DNA of 61,934 nt, the filler included, from Platydemus manokwari (Eukaryota), in NCBI GenBank assembly GCA_037951405.1. It is 6 parts of 6 records of this genome, joined end to end, with 100 filler letters (N's around TTAATTAATTAA, not from the genome) between each part and the next. Parts side by side here need not be neighbours in the genome. Positions count along the whole stretch, not along the records: positions 30,996 to 40,851 come from JBBMOY011196543.1; positions 40,952 to 52,560 come from JBBMOY010483331.1; 4 more parts are not named here. One strand, 5' to 3'. Numbering within the stretch: position 1 is the first letter of the stretch; the number at the start of each line of letters is the position of its first letter. The translations under genes and the position numbers were made by a program. Below are positions 38,834 through 51,319 of the stretch, piece by piece. The notes beneath the pieces are model-generated. The model saw only the letters and a list, made by a program, of their open reading frames with translations. It was not told where the DNA came from and searched no databases.

Positions 38834-40851
38834 TCATTGAAAAAGTCTGATTTTCTGATCAATGCTGATTCGACAAATATGGCATTCAAACAAATTATTA
38901 GCACAAACATCGCATGAAACATGACCACAACCAAATGTGACATTGATGGGGTGATCTCTGCAGATAACACAAGTTTTCTGAAAATTATATCATGATAACT
39001 GAGATAGCATAATATTGTTTCTACCTCATCTCGCATCTGTTGAATTATTTCCTTCAATTTCTCGACTTCTTCATTGCCATTTCTTTGAACCTCAACAACG
39101 CATTGTGAAGATTCCTCAGACTGAAGGTTTGAAAAGATAATAATATTCTTTATTATATAAATTTGAAAATATATTTTCTAATAACCAGCCTATATTTAGT
39201 ATTCCAGTAGGTGTTAATTCAGAGATAATCAAGCGGTCAACCACGAGATATCTAGATGAGATGCCATCATATTGAAATTAGACGACTTCAATTTTCAATT
39301 ATTAGTTTAACTAAAGATAAAAATAATATTTGATTAATAATTTGTGTTGGTTTGGTTCTGTAATCACGAAGTGTGAAGCATTTCTATTCACTTATTGTGC
39401 TGATGAAAGAAAGGGATGAAAGCACAAATGTAAAGAAGAATTTACAATTCAATAAATTATCCTTGACTCCTCAAAAAGTTATAACATTTTCATCAAAATC
39501 TTTTGAACTGGTTCGTATTGTATACCAGTTGTATAAGTTCGATTTAGCTGGTGGTTCTATGTTGTTTATCAATAATTATCGTCGCTCTTAATATCAATTT
39601 TAATGGTCTTTCATTATATTATTCTATTTTAGGAAAGTTACAAGAAAGCATGAAATACATTTGCTTTTATACATTCGTAAATGTCGCGGTAACAATGATA
39701 GAAGTGGTGTACATTTTATAAAAATTACAATTAATTCAAATATTACCGAAGATGAAATGATATTACTGATGAAATCATGCTACTGATGAAATGATATTAC
39801 TGATGAAATGATGTTACTGATGAAATGATGTTACTGATGAAATCATGCTACTGATGAAATGATATTAATGATGAATGATATTACTGATAAAATGATGTTA
39901 CTGATAAAATGATGTTACTGATGAAATCATGTTACTGATAAAATGATGTTACTGATGAAATTCTGTATCAAATCGAAAAATTATCAATGAATCACATTAA
40001 ATGTGAAGTTATTAAATTAGATTTCGAATGGATTCGTGTGAATAATTTAAAGTTTTGTATTTGATTGTTGATTCTCGTTCTTACATAATATTTCACAATA
40101 TTTAGATAATTATTATCGATAATAATACTGGGAGAAAAGAAGTGAAAAATAAGCAATGAAGATGAAAAGATGAGAGACAGCAAAGCAACGAGCTGTAATG
40201 GAGCGAAATACTGATTGTTAACCTCTGATTTTTCTTAAAATCCTGCAATGTTTAAATATTGACATAATTTATTTATTATGATCACAGATAGTTTCCATAT
40301 AAATATTCTTCATTATCATTTCCATTTCCTGACAATAAGGGGCTCATATACAGATAGTTAATTATTTCACCTAAACATTATTTATAATTATTTTATCAAC
40401 CAACCCCACACCATGGAATTGATTTAGTTTTATTGTTTGACATAATCATTCAACATTGTTGCTAAATATAACCACTCACTAAACTAATCGTCATGCCGGT
40501 TTGTATCGACAATACTTTTGCTTTCAACAATTCGTCATCACAAAATGACATTGGAGTTTCGCCTTGATTATTTTTTATATCCAATCTAGCTCCCTTTTCA
40601 ATCAAATACATCACGATATCGTCAAAATTCTCCAATTGTTTCTCCGGATCCTCTTTTGATTTGAATAAATCACCTAAACCAAGCAACTTGCTAATTTTCT
40701 AAAATCATTATTATCGAATAACAAGTTCAAAAATAAAATTCACTTTCAATCTGTTCTTCTTGAATAATCGCATCCCTTCGTGGAGAGGTGTATCGCCATC
40801 TTCGTCTCTTAAATTTAAATCGGCATTATTCTCAACCAAGACTTTCACACA
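38834..40851 (-). CDS. mib: Mind bomb-like E3 ubiquitin ligase, 3' part (ankyrin repeats, coiled coil, C-terminal RING): exons 40851-40744, 40698-40480, 39120-39025, 38977-38834
   Basis: VKVLVENNADLNLRDEDGDTPLHEGMR and YLIEKGARLDIKNNQGETPMSFCDD match the last MIB ankyrin repeats. EKLKEIIQQMRDEKTCVICRDHPINVTFGCGHVSCDVCANNLFECHICRISIDQKIRLF matches MIB RING3 ([44 protein letters not shown]). Phase-0 junctions; 5' end lost at the linker. Confidence 0.85.
39751..39960. repeat. 17-bp minisatellite, ~12 copies (GATGAAATGATRTTACT), in a mib intron
   Basis: Direct reading; head-to-tail units with no spacers. Confidence 0.95.
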
Positions 40852-40951
40852 NNNNNNNNNNNNNNNNNNNNNNNNNNNNNNNNNNNNNNNNNNNNTTAAT
40901 TAATTAANNNNNNNNNNNNNNNNNNNNNNNNNNNNNNNNNNNNNNNNNNNN
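40852..40951. other. Artificial assembly linker
   Basis: N44-TTAATTAATTAA-N44. Confidence 0.97.
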
Positions 40952-40954
40952 GTT

Positions 40955-41230
40955 TTTTGAGTGTATTGCAAAATTCTATATAGTTTATTTAATTAAATTT
41001 TTTAAAAATATTTTGAATTTTTTATTTAGTTATTTAAGAAGAATTTTAATTGTTTGAAATCAAATTTGAAATAGACTATAGCTTAAAAATCTCCTAAAAT
41101 TTAATTTTTTTAAAAATTAAAAAGAAAGTCGAATTGAAATTTATTGAAAATTAGCGAGGACCCTTTTTTAACATTAGAAGAAAATTGAGAGATATTATCA
41201 ATTTTTACAATTATTTTATAAAAATAACCA
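40955..41230 (+). repeat. Dispersed repeat family C, related copy at ~57195-57455
   Basis: Shared GAGT.TATTGCAAAA(T)TCTATATAGTTTATTTAATTAAATT..TTTTGAATTTTTTATTTA..AGAAGAATTT..ACCC.TTTTTAACATTA. Confidence 0.8.
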
Positions 41231-41879
41231 ATGATATTATTAAAAATATCTGTAGTTCACTAACTCGATTTATAATTATAAGCATTTAAATCTAAAAACT
41301 CAAATAATCATGTAGAAGCGTTGTGATTAGAATGGGAACTTGATTTTAAAACTATGTTTTGTCACTATCATCCATCTTAAAAATGAGATATTAACTGAAT
41401 TATACGAATAAATCAAACGTAACAGTTATATATAAGATTAAGTTATAAAAATATCTCATGCGTGAAAATTCATTATAATCCTTTTTCTTAACTTAAGCAA
41501 AAAAAATTAGAATTGAAAACGAATCTAAGAGCTTCAAACCACAGAAGTATATCAAATTAAAATATTTAAACAATTCCAATTGATCTTTATATTTTTAAGA
41601 TCAATATATTTCTATTTAAAATAATCATTTATATATTTATTAATTTAAAAATTTTGACTACCACAGCTCTATTAATTTCTGAATGCAATCATAAATTATT
41701 GATATTAATTATAAATATTAAAATAATTTAAAAAATTACATAAAAATTTAAATCAAATTTAAAAAACCCACAATTTTTTAAACCATACCGATTGGTACAA
41801 TCTTTTTATTAAACTATTTTTCTTAGAGTTTGATATTTGCTTCTGAAGTTCGATTTTTCTGATTTTAGTTGAAATTTAT

Positions 41880-42880
41880 TTTCCAATGATGTTTCTTCCA
41901 TTTCTCTACAAAATATGTCAACATATGTTTTAGTCACCACTTGCTGTTTGTATTTCCTTTAAAAAGAAATTAATTTGATTTATCGCAATGCCAATTGAAT
42001 ATCGAAATCAAACTGTAAATTTATTCTCTATTTATTATTAATTATTGGTGTTTTATTTTGGAAAAAATTTGTTTGCTAAAATGATATGAAGGCATTGGCA
42101 AAACAATTCACAAAAGCAGCTAAACCCTCCATTGACTCTTCAGCTTTTTCTGGTTACTAAATTCGTATTTATCTATGAGTCTGAATGCATTATGATAAAA
42201 TTGTGAAATGGAGTCTTTGAAATTTTATTCATCACTGATGAGTAGGAATGACTATGAAACCTGCCTGACATTATACTGGCTGGTAATACTGTTAACTGCT
42301 CATTTTTCAAATCATCATATTCTCTATGCCTCTTGATCCATTGTATTGCATTCTGTTAATGTCTCGATTAATTGATTTTATGACACTTTTCCTTTGCAAT
42401 GCTTTTTGGTTATTTAATTTGGTTATGAAATAATAGATGCAACTTGTATTTACTGAAAACTTGGTTCCACCCAGTACTCAATTTTAATTCAATAAAATAA
42501 ACAATTTCTCTTTTTTACGGCTTCAACCATATATAAGACATCTCTGTATTTATACTCAGAATTTATATGTATTCTTTAATTCTTTAATTTCAATTAGATC
42601 TATTAATTTTTTATGATTGCGATTGGTCTATCCCTTAGTATGGCTTGTTGTATATTAATGAGCCTTGGCCAATTGAAATCTTCAAATTTATGCTTTTTCT
42701 AATTGAATAGTTCTTCAGATTTTCCCGGGTAGCTTGGCTCTTGAAGTAAAGGTATTTTATTGTTGGTATAACTTTGTTCATTATATTTTGCAATATGTTT
42801 TTTTGATTTTTCATGACCTTTTAGACCCCGGATAGTTTTTAATGAGATTTCACAAATTTGACATTTTCGTTCATTGATTT
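41880..42880 (-). pseudogene. Decayed ORF with an N-terminal C2H2 (matrin/U1-like) zinc finger, probably transposon-derived
   Basis: KCQICEISLKTIRGLKGHEKSKKHI at ~42870-42790, followed by stop-interrupted coding-like sequence. Confidence 0.4.
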
Positions 42881-44719
42881 TAAAGATTTAATTTTTATAA
42901 GGTTTTTTATTTTGTTTTTTTTAGTTTTTCTAACTTTTGTAATTTTTTAAAAAATGTATTTTATTGAATATGATGCCATATAGTAGTAAGTAAGATCAGA
43001 TCTTTTGAACTTGACCTGAGTTACTACTCAAATACATTTCCTCAACAATACCAATATTCATTGATTGACAAAGTCTGAAAGTCATCACCAATTTCAGTCA
43101 TTATAAATCTGAGATAATTGTAAAAATTGACAATTGATATGATGGCAAGAGAGGCTGTCACAGTAGCAACAACTCTACCGACACAACTAATCGCAAAAGT
43201 TTCAATTGGTGTCAATATCATTTATATTAATGAGAAGTTAAATTTGTTGAGACTGACGAAACAAAATTCGACGCGATTTCAACATGTAGTGTTAGTTAAA
43301 TAACTCACCGAATCAAATACTAAAGAAACAAAACTCAAATTTAGGTCTATCAATTGTGACCGCTGATGGAGAGTGGAATTTTAACATATTAAGGCAGGAT
43401 TCATGTGGTCGACTTGATAAACAAAGAGATAATATGAGATTCGATTAACAAAATAACGAGGATATTTTGAACCAATCATACAGTACTATAATTAAATAGA
43501 ATTTGCAATTTTTGTTATCTCATTGGTGATGATTTTGCTTAATTTGTTGTTTCGTTATTCGATACGAAATTGATATTTATAAATAAAGAATTCTCGTGAT
43601 AATAATTTCTTGTAAATTAATCGAATATAAAAATTTAAATTTGAGGACGATATACATGGTAATGAGCAGCATCAGATTGTGAAACGTCTAAGCAATCAGA
43701 TTGAGTGTATAAATGATGGCAAGGGTATAAAAATCAATGATAATCAATTGATTAAAATATCGAATACTTGGTTTACAGCTGTCTTATTTTAAAAAAATAA
43801 TTTCTGTTCATGTTACACTGACAGGAACTCACACTTGTTGACTGCATTTCAGAAAATAAAGAAAATTTTATTTTATTAACTTATTCCGTTTTCCAAAACT
43901 TTTTGAACTGTGACGTCCAACAAAATAAAAATTTTTCTTTTCAAATCGACTATTGTAGTGAATTCTCTTTAAATGTGCAATATAGTGTTTCTGAAATGAT
44001 GAATCTAAGTAGGTAGCCTGATATTAGACTAAGATTCCCTGAGATTGTAATTCAGTTTTCCTGTGGGTGAGGACTCCAGAGAAATATTGATTTTCAAATT
44101 TCTACTAAATTTCAAAGATTTATTAACATTGCCAATATCTCGGTTTTTGGTCAAGCCAAAATTCGAAAAAATTTTTGAAGTAAAAATTTTGAAGTTTATT
44201 TCGTTCATTCAGGAAGACTAAGCTCTTCTGATCAGTTCCATTGTAAGCATTCTGCCCAGTTCTAAAGACATCATGCCGCACAGTAGCAAATTTAATTATA
44301 GGACAATATAATAAACAATAATAAATTCCCTGTGTTGGCAATTTTGCTGTGATCTGAAATGAAAAATTAATTCTATTTAACCTATATCATATATAAGATA
44401 TTTTACAGGTTTTTGAACCCACCACGATATTGATCTTTGAAACAAGACAGACCTGCTTGTCTAGAAAAAATAAAAATGTAACAAATAAAAAGGTGAAGAG
44501 AACTATACTGTCCCTCAAGTACACCTTATAATAACCAACAATAGCAATAAAATACTTCTCGATAATAATTTTGAATAAATGAAAAAACATTTTTGATGAA
44601 GCTAGGAGCGAAGACAGTACCATCTCTTATATAAACATTAAAAAAGAACTCTAATCATAGAAATACCTACACTGGTGTCCCTTTTACGCGTGTTTAAGAC
44701 GTCATTTTTTTGTTACTGT

Positions 44720-47700
44720 GTTAAACATATTGGAGGGGGCTATTTATTGGAAGTATAGCCTCCTTCGCTATGTGAGATCTATATAACCTATATGATTCTA
44801 TAACAGAAGTAGAAACAAGAAGTGAAGCCGACTCATTTGAAATCTTTTTATCTAACCTTATTCGTCTCAAGACAAAATCATTCTGTGGATTCCATCATCC
44901 TAAACAACCTACGTTTAACACATACACACTTCCTGAAGTTCTGATTGCCTAGTTATTTGAACTTCATACTTTTGGTAGCTTCTCTCCAAGGTATTCCTAA
45001 GGGTTTCTTCTTTATCAAGTGGAAACTTAAGATCTACGAAGAATGTATGTTTTTTCAGGTTTTCATTACCTTAAGTTCACTATCTTATTCAAGACGTAAA
45101 GAAGTCCTCACCTCAGTTGGGGAGTAGCTGACGTCTACATTATGTCCTAAAGCAATAAGCCTTTTAGCCAAAATTGCAAGTACTGCATTATGCTTAGAGG
45201 TCGTCTTATAAGTGTTACCAATGCAATGGTAGATTACGCGGGCCATCGATTCTACTGCAGTGCAGCATCGACGGCAATTTAAACCTTTACCCTGCATTAC
45301 ACGGAAAAGCCAGAAATTTAGCGGTATAAGGTTATTTCTACCCAAGACCAGGAAGTGCCAAATCTGTGATGTCAACATAATTGAGTCCAAAACTCCCATT
45401 GAAACCTTAGATAGCCTTCTTAACTAACATTCTCAGTCCACGAGATAAAACGCAAAAATCCAAACCCAGCATGAAGAATTGAACATAATCTATCCTTCTC
45501 TTTATTGCCTATCATTCACTGTGAATCCCTACAGATAACCTTAACAAATATATCTCCTTCAAGCCAGACAAACTTATAATCTATTTATCCCTTCCGCAGA
45601 GCCGGATTACCAACCAAACCTTCGATCACCAAAAGCCCGCTCCAGCATGTTCATCATCAATTGTGTTATTTAGCCAGTCAAGAGCCCTATGAAATTCGTC
45701 AACCTCAGAACGATTGAAGCGCTTATTTACTAATGCGATCAATATCTTTTTTATAAAAAAATCAAAGACAGAGTCAGAGCTGTTCAACAACTGAAAGCTG
45801 CCTACTATACTCTTAATATAATAGTCAATCTCTGCTGGCATAGATCAAGACCACCAAACTTTCTACAGGTATACAAAAAACCATTATTGGGTGACGGAAA
45901 AAAGCAAAGTCCTATCACTTTTTTTAACTAACTTTCTGATCTTTTCATCGAACCCACCCATTTGCTCTTGTGTGGAGAGGAAAGAGATAGGGTATTGAGC
46001 TCTCTGTTTTGAAGATGAAACTGTAGTCTAGAGTGTAGAAACACTCTAAAGGCATGTAGCTTTTGGCTCGGGTCCTAATTACAAATCACCTCGAAGTTAG
46101 AGATGACATTATTTAAAATGTCACCAATATCTTTTCTCTTTGGGGAACCAAACGGAACTCAAAGATATTTATCTTGGTTTTTTTTCATCCACTGCTGAAA
46201 TATCACTATCGTATATTCTGAGGACCGTTCTTTTCATAGGATCACTACAGAAATGTCCACATTTACTTGAATCAAAAGTAAGATAAACCTTAATAGCCAG
46301 ATACACAATTCTACATAACCTACTAGCAATCCCTGCTGCATCACTAGAAACAACTAGCAAGTCGTCAGCATAAGCCAATATGGAAATTTCCATATTAAAT
46401 AATGTGAGAGGTCTCGGTAAATTATTGCAAGTCTTAATAAGGAAATCTTTCGATAAATAGAACAATGACATCGACAAGGGGCAACCTTGTTTGACACCTT
46501 TAACCAGTACTCACGCCACTATACAAATTCTTAAGAAGATTGATTCTGCTGGATACACAACCTATCTTTTCCAGAGACAACCAAATTAGCTCATAAGGTA
46601 AGCTAGGAAATGCTTCCTTAAGATCTAACCAAACGAAATGGTAATTTGCCCTTGACATTTTACAAGATTCCTAAATGGATTGAAGGCGTGCATTGTGCTC
46701 AGCACAATCATCCTCAGATAAGAGTGCTTTTTGATTCCCAGAGATTGAACCTTCACTGGTAATCCAACATAGCACACGAATGTTAATAATGTTACAAAGC
46801 AATATATAGGACGTGTCCATTAGCGCATTTGGTCACCAAAATGACAATAAGTGTGTTTGCCCAACCTTTCGTTTTTTTTAATATAAGAGAAGTCTTAAAT
46901 TGATTCCACTGATTCGGCACACGCCATGAACTTAACAATAAATTAAAGAACCTATGTAAAAACACAAATTTTGGATCATTCTCACACCAATCCTTGAAAA
47001 ACAAGCCATCATTACCAGGAGCAGAGCTTTTCGAGGTTTTGAAAGCAGAGGCAATTTCTTCAACAGAAATTGGCTCATTTGTGAAAAGGTCTTCTGAATA
47101 CGGAATGTCAATATTCAAATTAGAAAGAGGAGGTGGAGATTGATGTTTAATATGAGAGGTAATATCTTCAACAGAAGGTAGAGATGTTGGAGTAGAGGAA
47201 GGTAACAACCTCTTTATTACTTTCTTTATTACTATATACTCTTTCCTTAACTCAAAAATAGATTTAGAAGGTTCTACTTTTCCATCTGACATTTGTCTAA
47301 TCTTGGATCGAAACTTATCAGGATATACACTTGAAATTGCCTTTCTACCAAATTCAAGCACCTTAGTCAAATTCACTTCAATGTCATCCATCAACATAAT
47401 CGCTTCAAAGGGAGAGGGTGAAGACCAGACGATGATATACGAGTTTTTCAAATCCACGTTTCTTATTTAAGAAATCTCTTAGACAAGAGTTTATCTAAGA
47501 TCTAAAGTTCTAAACTGGAGATGAGAACATATAATTTTCGGAATAGTCTATCATATACTTGATAACAAAGAGACCACGATCAAATGAAGCGAGTTGTCTC
47601 GGAACATTGTCAATAAAACTTTTTGAGAAAGAGATAACAAGTCTTGGAGCAAGGAGATGCTCCAAGATCCAATTAATTTTGTCCCATAGAAATACTTGTT

Positions 47701-48830
47701 CTTCTGATAACTCACTCTTTGCGGGATCTATCATGAAAGATTTTTGTTTACCAACATTGGCAATGAAGGCAAGCCAATGATCGTTATTCCAATGTATCAG
47801 CTAAAGTTTCAATGAAGTTCCTATATTTCGAAACGGGAAAGAATCATAGAATAAATCTGGCTTACAGCGGGCTATATCTATAGCAGGAAGAGGTGGAGTG
47901 AAAACTATACCTTTCCCACCACACAATCGAAGTCAGATATAACCTTCAACAATATTTCGTACAAAATGACAATGAAAATTATTCCAAGATCATTAATATT
48001 TGTCAGATTATGAATTGTAGCAAAGTGTTTACTTACCACTTTAATATTGGTACTACAGGATATGACAAGAGATATGACACAAGCAACACCAAACCTTTGA
48101 GTTAGAGAAGCTGTGAAGATATTCATTACTGGCATCTCAAAAATGGTAGAAAGACCTGTTATTTCTATATCAGAGACTGGAATAGAGTTATTAGTTCCAC
48201 TGAAAAGTTTAAAAAGCCTTATATCTAATTTTAGGTCCTGGGAATCAACAATTGACGGTAGTGAAATGAAGGAGTCATCATCACTTTCCAAAACAATTTG
48301 TACACTTGCAGTAATGTCCATGGACCATAGAGTCAAAATCAGAGCTGCTAGAAGGGAATGTGACTTTTCCAATTGTGTGTTATGCCCTCATCAATCATAT
48401 TATTGAATAAGCAGTCAATTAGCCTATCTCCAAATTGATTAGTTGAACTTGGTATCATTTCTTTATTACCAACATAAGGTACAATAGCAGAGCAATTATT
48501 ATCAATTGTGAGAACAAAATCAACGATACTATTAAACATTGTGTACAATTAAATATCAATTACCTCACCTAAAAGCTTATCTATTGAATAATCATACTCG
48601 AAACTACAAGATATCAACATTTCCAAACCAGACTTGAAGCACTTCCTACACCACAGACAAGATATACAAAGATAGATCTCAGCTTGCTCAAATTATTCTC
48701 ATCGCAAGTCTCAATCCTTCTTCTGCATGTCTTTCTGAATCTTGCACCTTCAAGAAAGACGTGCCTTAAGATGAAATCAACATTGTACCGCTTAAATGAT
48801 CTCATATCGATTCCTATATCATAGATTTAC
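44720..48830 (-). mobile_element. Decayed non-LTR retrotransposon of the RLE type, NeSL clade: zinc finger, Ulp1-like protease, RT, CCHC and restriction-like endonuclease
   Basis: Ordered remnants: C..STNIKVVSKHFATIH; NDHWLAF..IDP..PRQLASFDRGLFVIKYM; SAPGNDGL; VPNQW; GVKQGCPLS; ILAYADDL; SKC; FLYT..FGGLDL; CRRCCTAVESMARVIYHC..KHNAVL; VGCLG*WNPQNDFVLRR. Many stops and frameshifts; ends not defined. Confidence 0.88.
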
Positions 48831-49881
48831 CTATAGCAAGTTACTAGCCAATCATTTATATATTCACAGTACTAATAGTGCATTTATTAATTGGTTCGTG
48901 TTAAAGGAGATTTGAATATCTATTTAAATCGATATTTGAAAGAGCCATATTTCATTTCTGTTTTTTGGTTTAACACTTTTTAGGGCTTTTCAATCAAAGA
49001 TTTTAAATAATTTCAGGAGTTCACAAAGGCACTTTATAACTTGATTGATTATTTTAACAATAGGTTTAATTAACTAGTATGTTGATCAATATTTCTGAGT
49101 GTATTCAAATCAATGTGCCATATTATATTTTTTTCAGATTTGCATTGCAAAAATTGAGAAAAAGATTTGAATTTTGAGCCATTTAAAATGTCTTAACATT
49201 AGATGAATAAAACACTTGATAATTCAATCATAATGTTGTGTCTACCGGATGTGGTAACAACTCGTTTAACTGTCTGACTCCTAAAGGCAAAAAGTTGTGT
49301 CACTAAGATGTCTTTAAATTACAATTTTCAGACAGATAGAAAGAAGGGTTAATCCCTTAATAAAAATCCTGTCAATAAATCACTCAAGGGCCAATTGGTG
49401 ATTTAAAACATTGCTTATAAAAATTCGGGTCGAGACCACTCACTAATTTGGATTACAGGGTAGGTATCTGCTTCATGCCTTACCCTTATTTCGAAAAAAC
49501 TTTTACAAAATCGACACTCTAAGATGCAATCATGATTATCAATATCCCCAATAACTATTATGAATACTTTACTCAAAAATAAAATTATAAATTCCTGATT
49601 CTTGTCAACTGTTGTTCCGTGATTTTATTCATGATTGATATCATTTTTACTGTTGCACAACTGCTGCATCATTGTGCAGTAAACATACTTCTTATTGGCT
49701 TTGCATTAATAGAATGCCTAGCTAATACTTGGACTTCAAATTCCTATTTCAGTAAATATTTTATTTTTAATAAATAGGACTCACTTAAACCATTTATTTA
49801 TTTATTTGATTCATTTTAATATTTATTTTCGGTATTTGTTATTTTATTTTAATATTATTTATCTAGTTTTATCATATTAAT

Positions 49882-50015
49882 NNNNNNNNNNNNNNNNNNN
49901 NNNNNNNNNNNNNNNNNNNNNNNNNNNNNNNNNNNNNNNNNNNNNNNNNNNNNNNNNNNNNNNNNNNNNNNNNNNNNNNNNNNNNNNNNNNNNNNNNNNN
50001 NNNNNNNNNNNNNNN
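49882..50015. other. Sequencing gap (N run)
   Basis: Direct reading. Confidence 0.95.
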
Positions 50016-50099
50016 CTTTTATTTGTAGAAAATCCAAAAAATAATGCTATTCTAAATGTCATTTTATTAAAATACTTCTAAGATCCACTTTTTCTTCCA

Positions 50100-50500
50100 A
50101 ATCAGTTAACCGGAAGCTCATTAAAAACATTAGAACATAAACTTTACTACTAAATACCATGCTGAATAGGACTCTCCTACATTATTGAAGCAATTTTTGA
50201 AATATTTCGTTTAAAATTAATCTTTTTCCAATCGCATCAAATGAAATTTGTAAAATGAATTATGATTAAGAGAGAGAAGTTAATTCAAAGAAATTAAGTA
50301 GCTTTGCACTTGTGGAAAATAACGAGATGAATAAATTTACTCTTTTGTTCTTAAATTCGTCATCAATCAAATAGTTACTCATTTATTTTCTATAACTAAT
50401 AATTACAAGAAACCATTCATTTAACTTCATTTACGACAAATATATCATTTGGAGTTAAATCCAGGACACAGTATGTAAATATCTGGTAAGAAGTAATACC
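50100..50500 (-). mobile_element. Highly decayed CR1/Jockey-like RT fragment
   Basis: Remnants FSTSAKLLNFFE..ILQISFDAI resemble STxxQLL..DFxKAFDxV; weak. Confidence 0.3.
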
Positions 50501-51319
50501 CTAAAACCTGAACTATTTCAACTATAAAAAACCACAGGCATTTTAAAAATAACTCATAGATATGGATACAGAGGTAGACTCATGATACGTGCATAGTAAA
50601 TCATTATATGCGACATGAATTGGAAATGAACGCTATCAAGTATAAATTAGCCCACAGCTTCATAACCCTAACAAAATATTCTAAAATATACGATATATGT
50701 AATTATAAAACAAGGTTGAAAATGTTTCGATTTCAATGTTTTTTTAAATTTCCTTTTTTATAGTTTTAATCGAAAGGTATTTCCACTGACTAAGGAATTA
50801 ATTTGAAAAATTATTATTAAATGAAAATACCTCAAAAATAATATTTATTAAAATAATTTATCCTTACATAATTAATTAACTAAACTACAACATCTACTCA
50901 TTTATTATTAATTTCTTTTATTACTTTGTTAATTTTTTTTATTTTTTTCTCGTCATGTAAAATTGTAGAAAAATAACAGTGAGCATGTGCAGATTTTCAC
51001 TTAATTATTTATCGAAAAAGAACAAATTGTACATCAAGTATTCGAATGTAAACAAAAATTTGTATAATTAATATTAAACCTGACTTAACTAACACTAGGA
51101 GGATCCTGAAAAATCACATTAAAAATTTAAAACTGCGAAGAACTTTTGATATATTTTTTCAAATCGAATTAAATTTTAAAATAATATTCATAATCTCTTT
51201 TGAATTAAATTCAAAATAAAATGCTCAGAAAATCGTAAAAAAACTTGTATTAAAGGTACGTTTTTTGAATATTGAATTTCTCTAATTGTTTCTCTATTTT
51301 TATAATCAATAAATAAAGG

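Noticed and set aside
38785-39057. 90-aa hydrophobic ORF
   Set aside because: Wrong frame after the 47-nt intron; the spliced frame encodes the RING finger.
39751-39960. CRISPR array or C/D-box snoRNA cluster (units contain CTGA and TGATGA)
   Set aside because: No unique spacers and no cas genes in a eukaryotic context; the box-like words are antisense to the host gene and are just part of a 17-bp tandem unit.
43100-43330. Possible mitochondrial-carrier-like remnant (TPIETFAISCVGRVVATVTA) on the minus strand
   Set aside because: The signature PxDxxK motif is absent; similarity is too weak.
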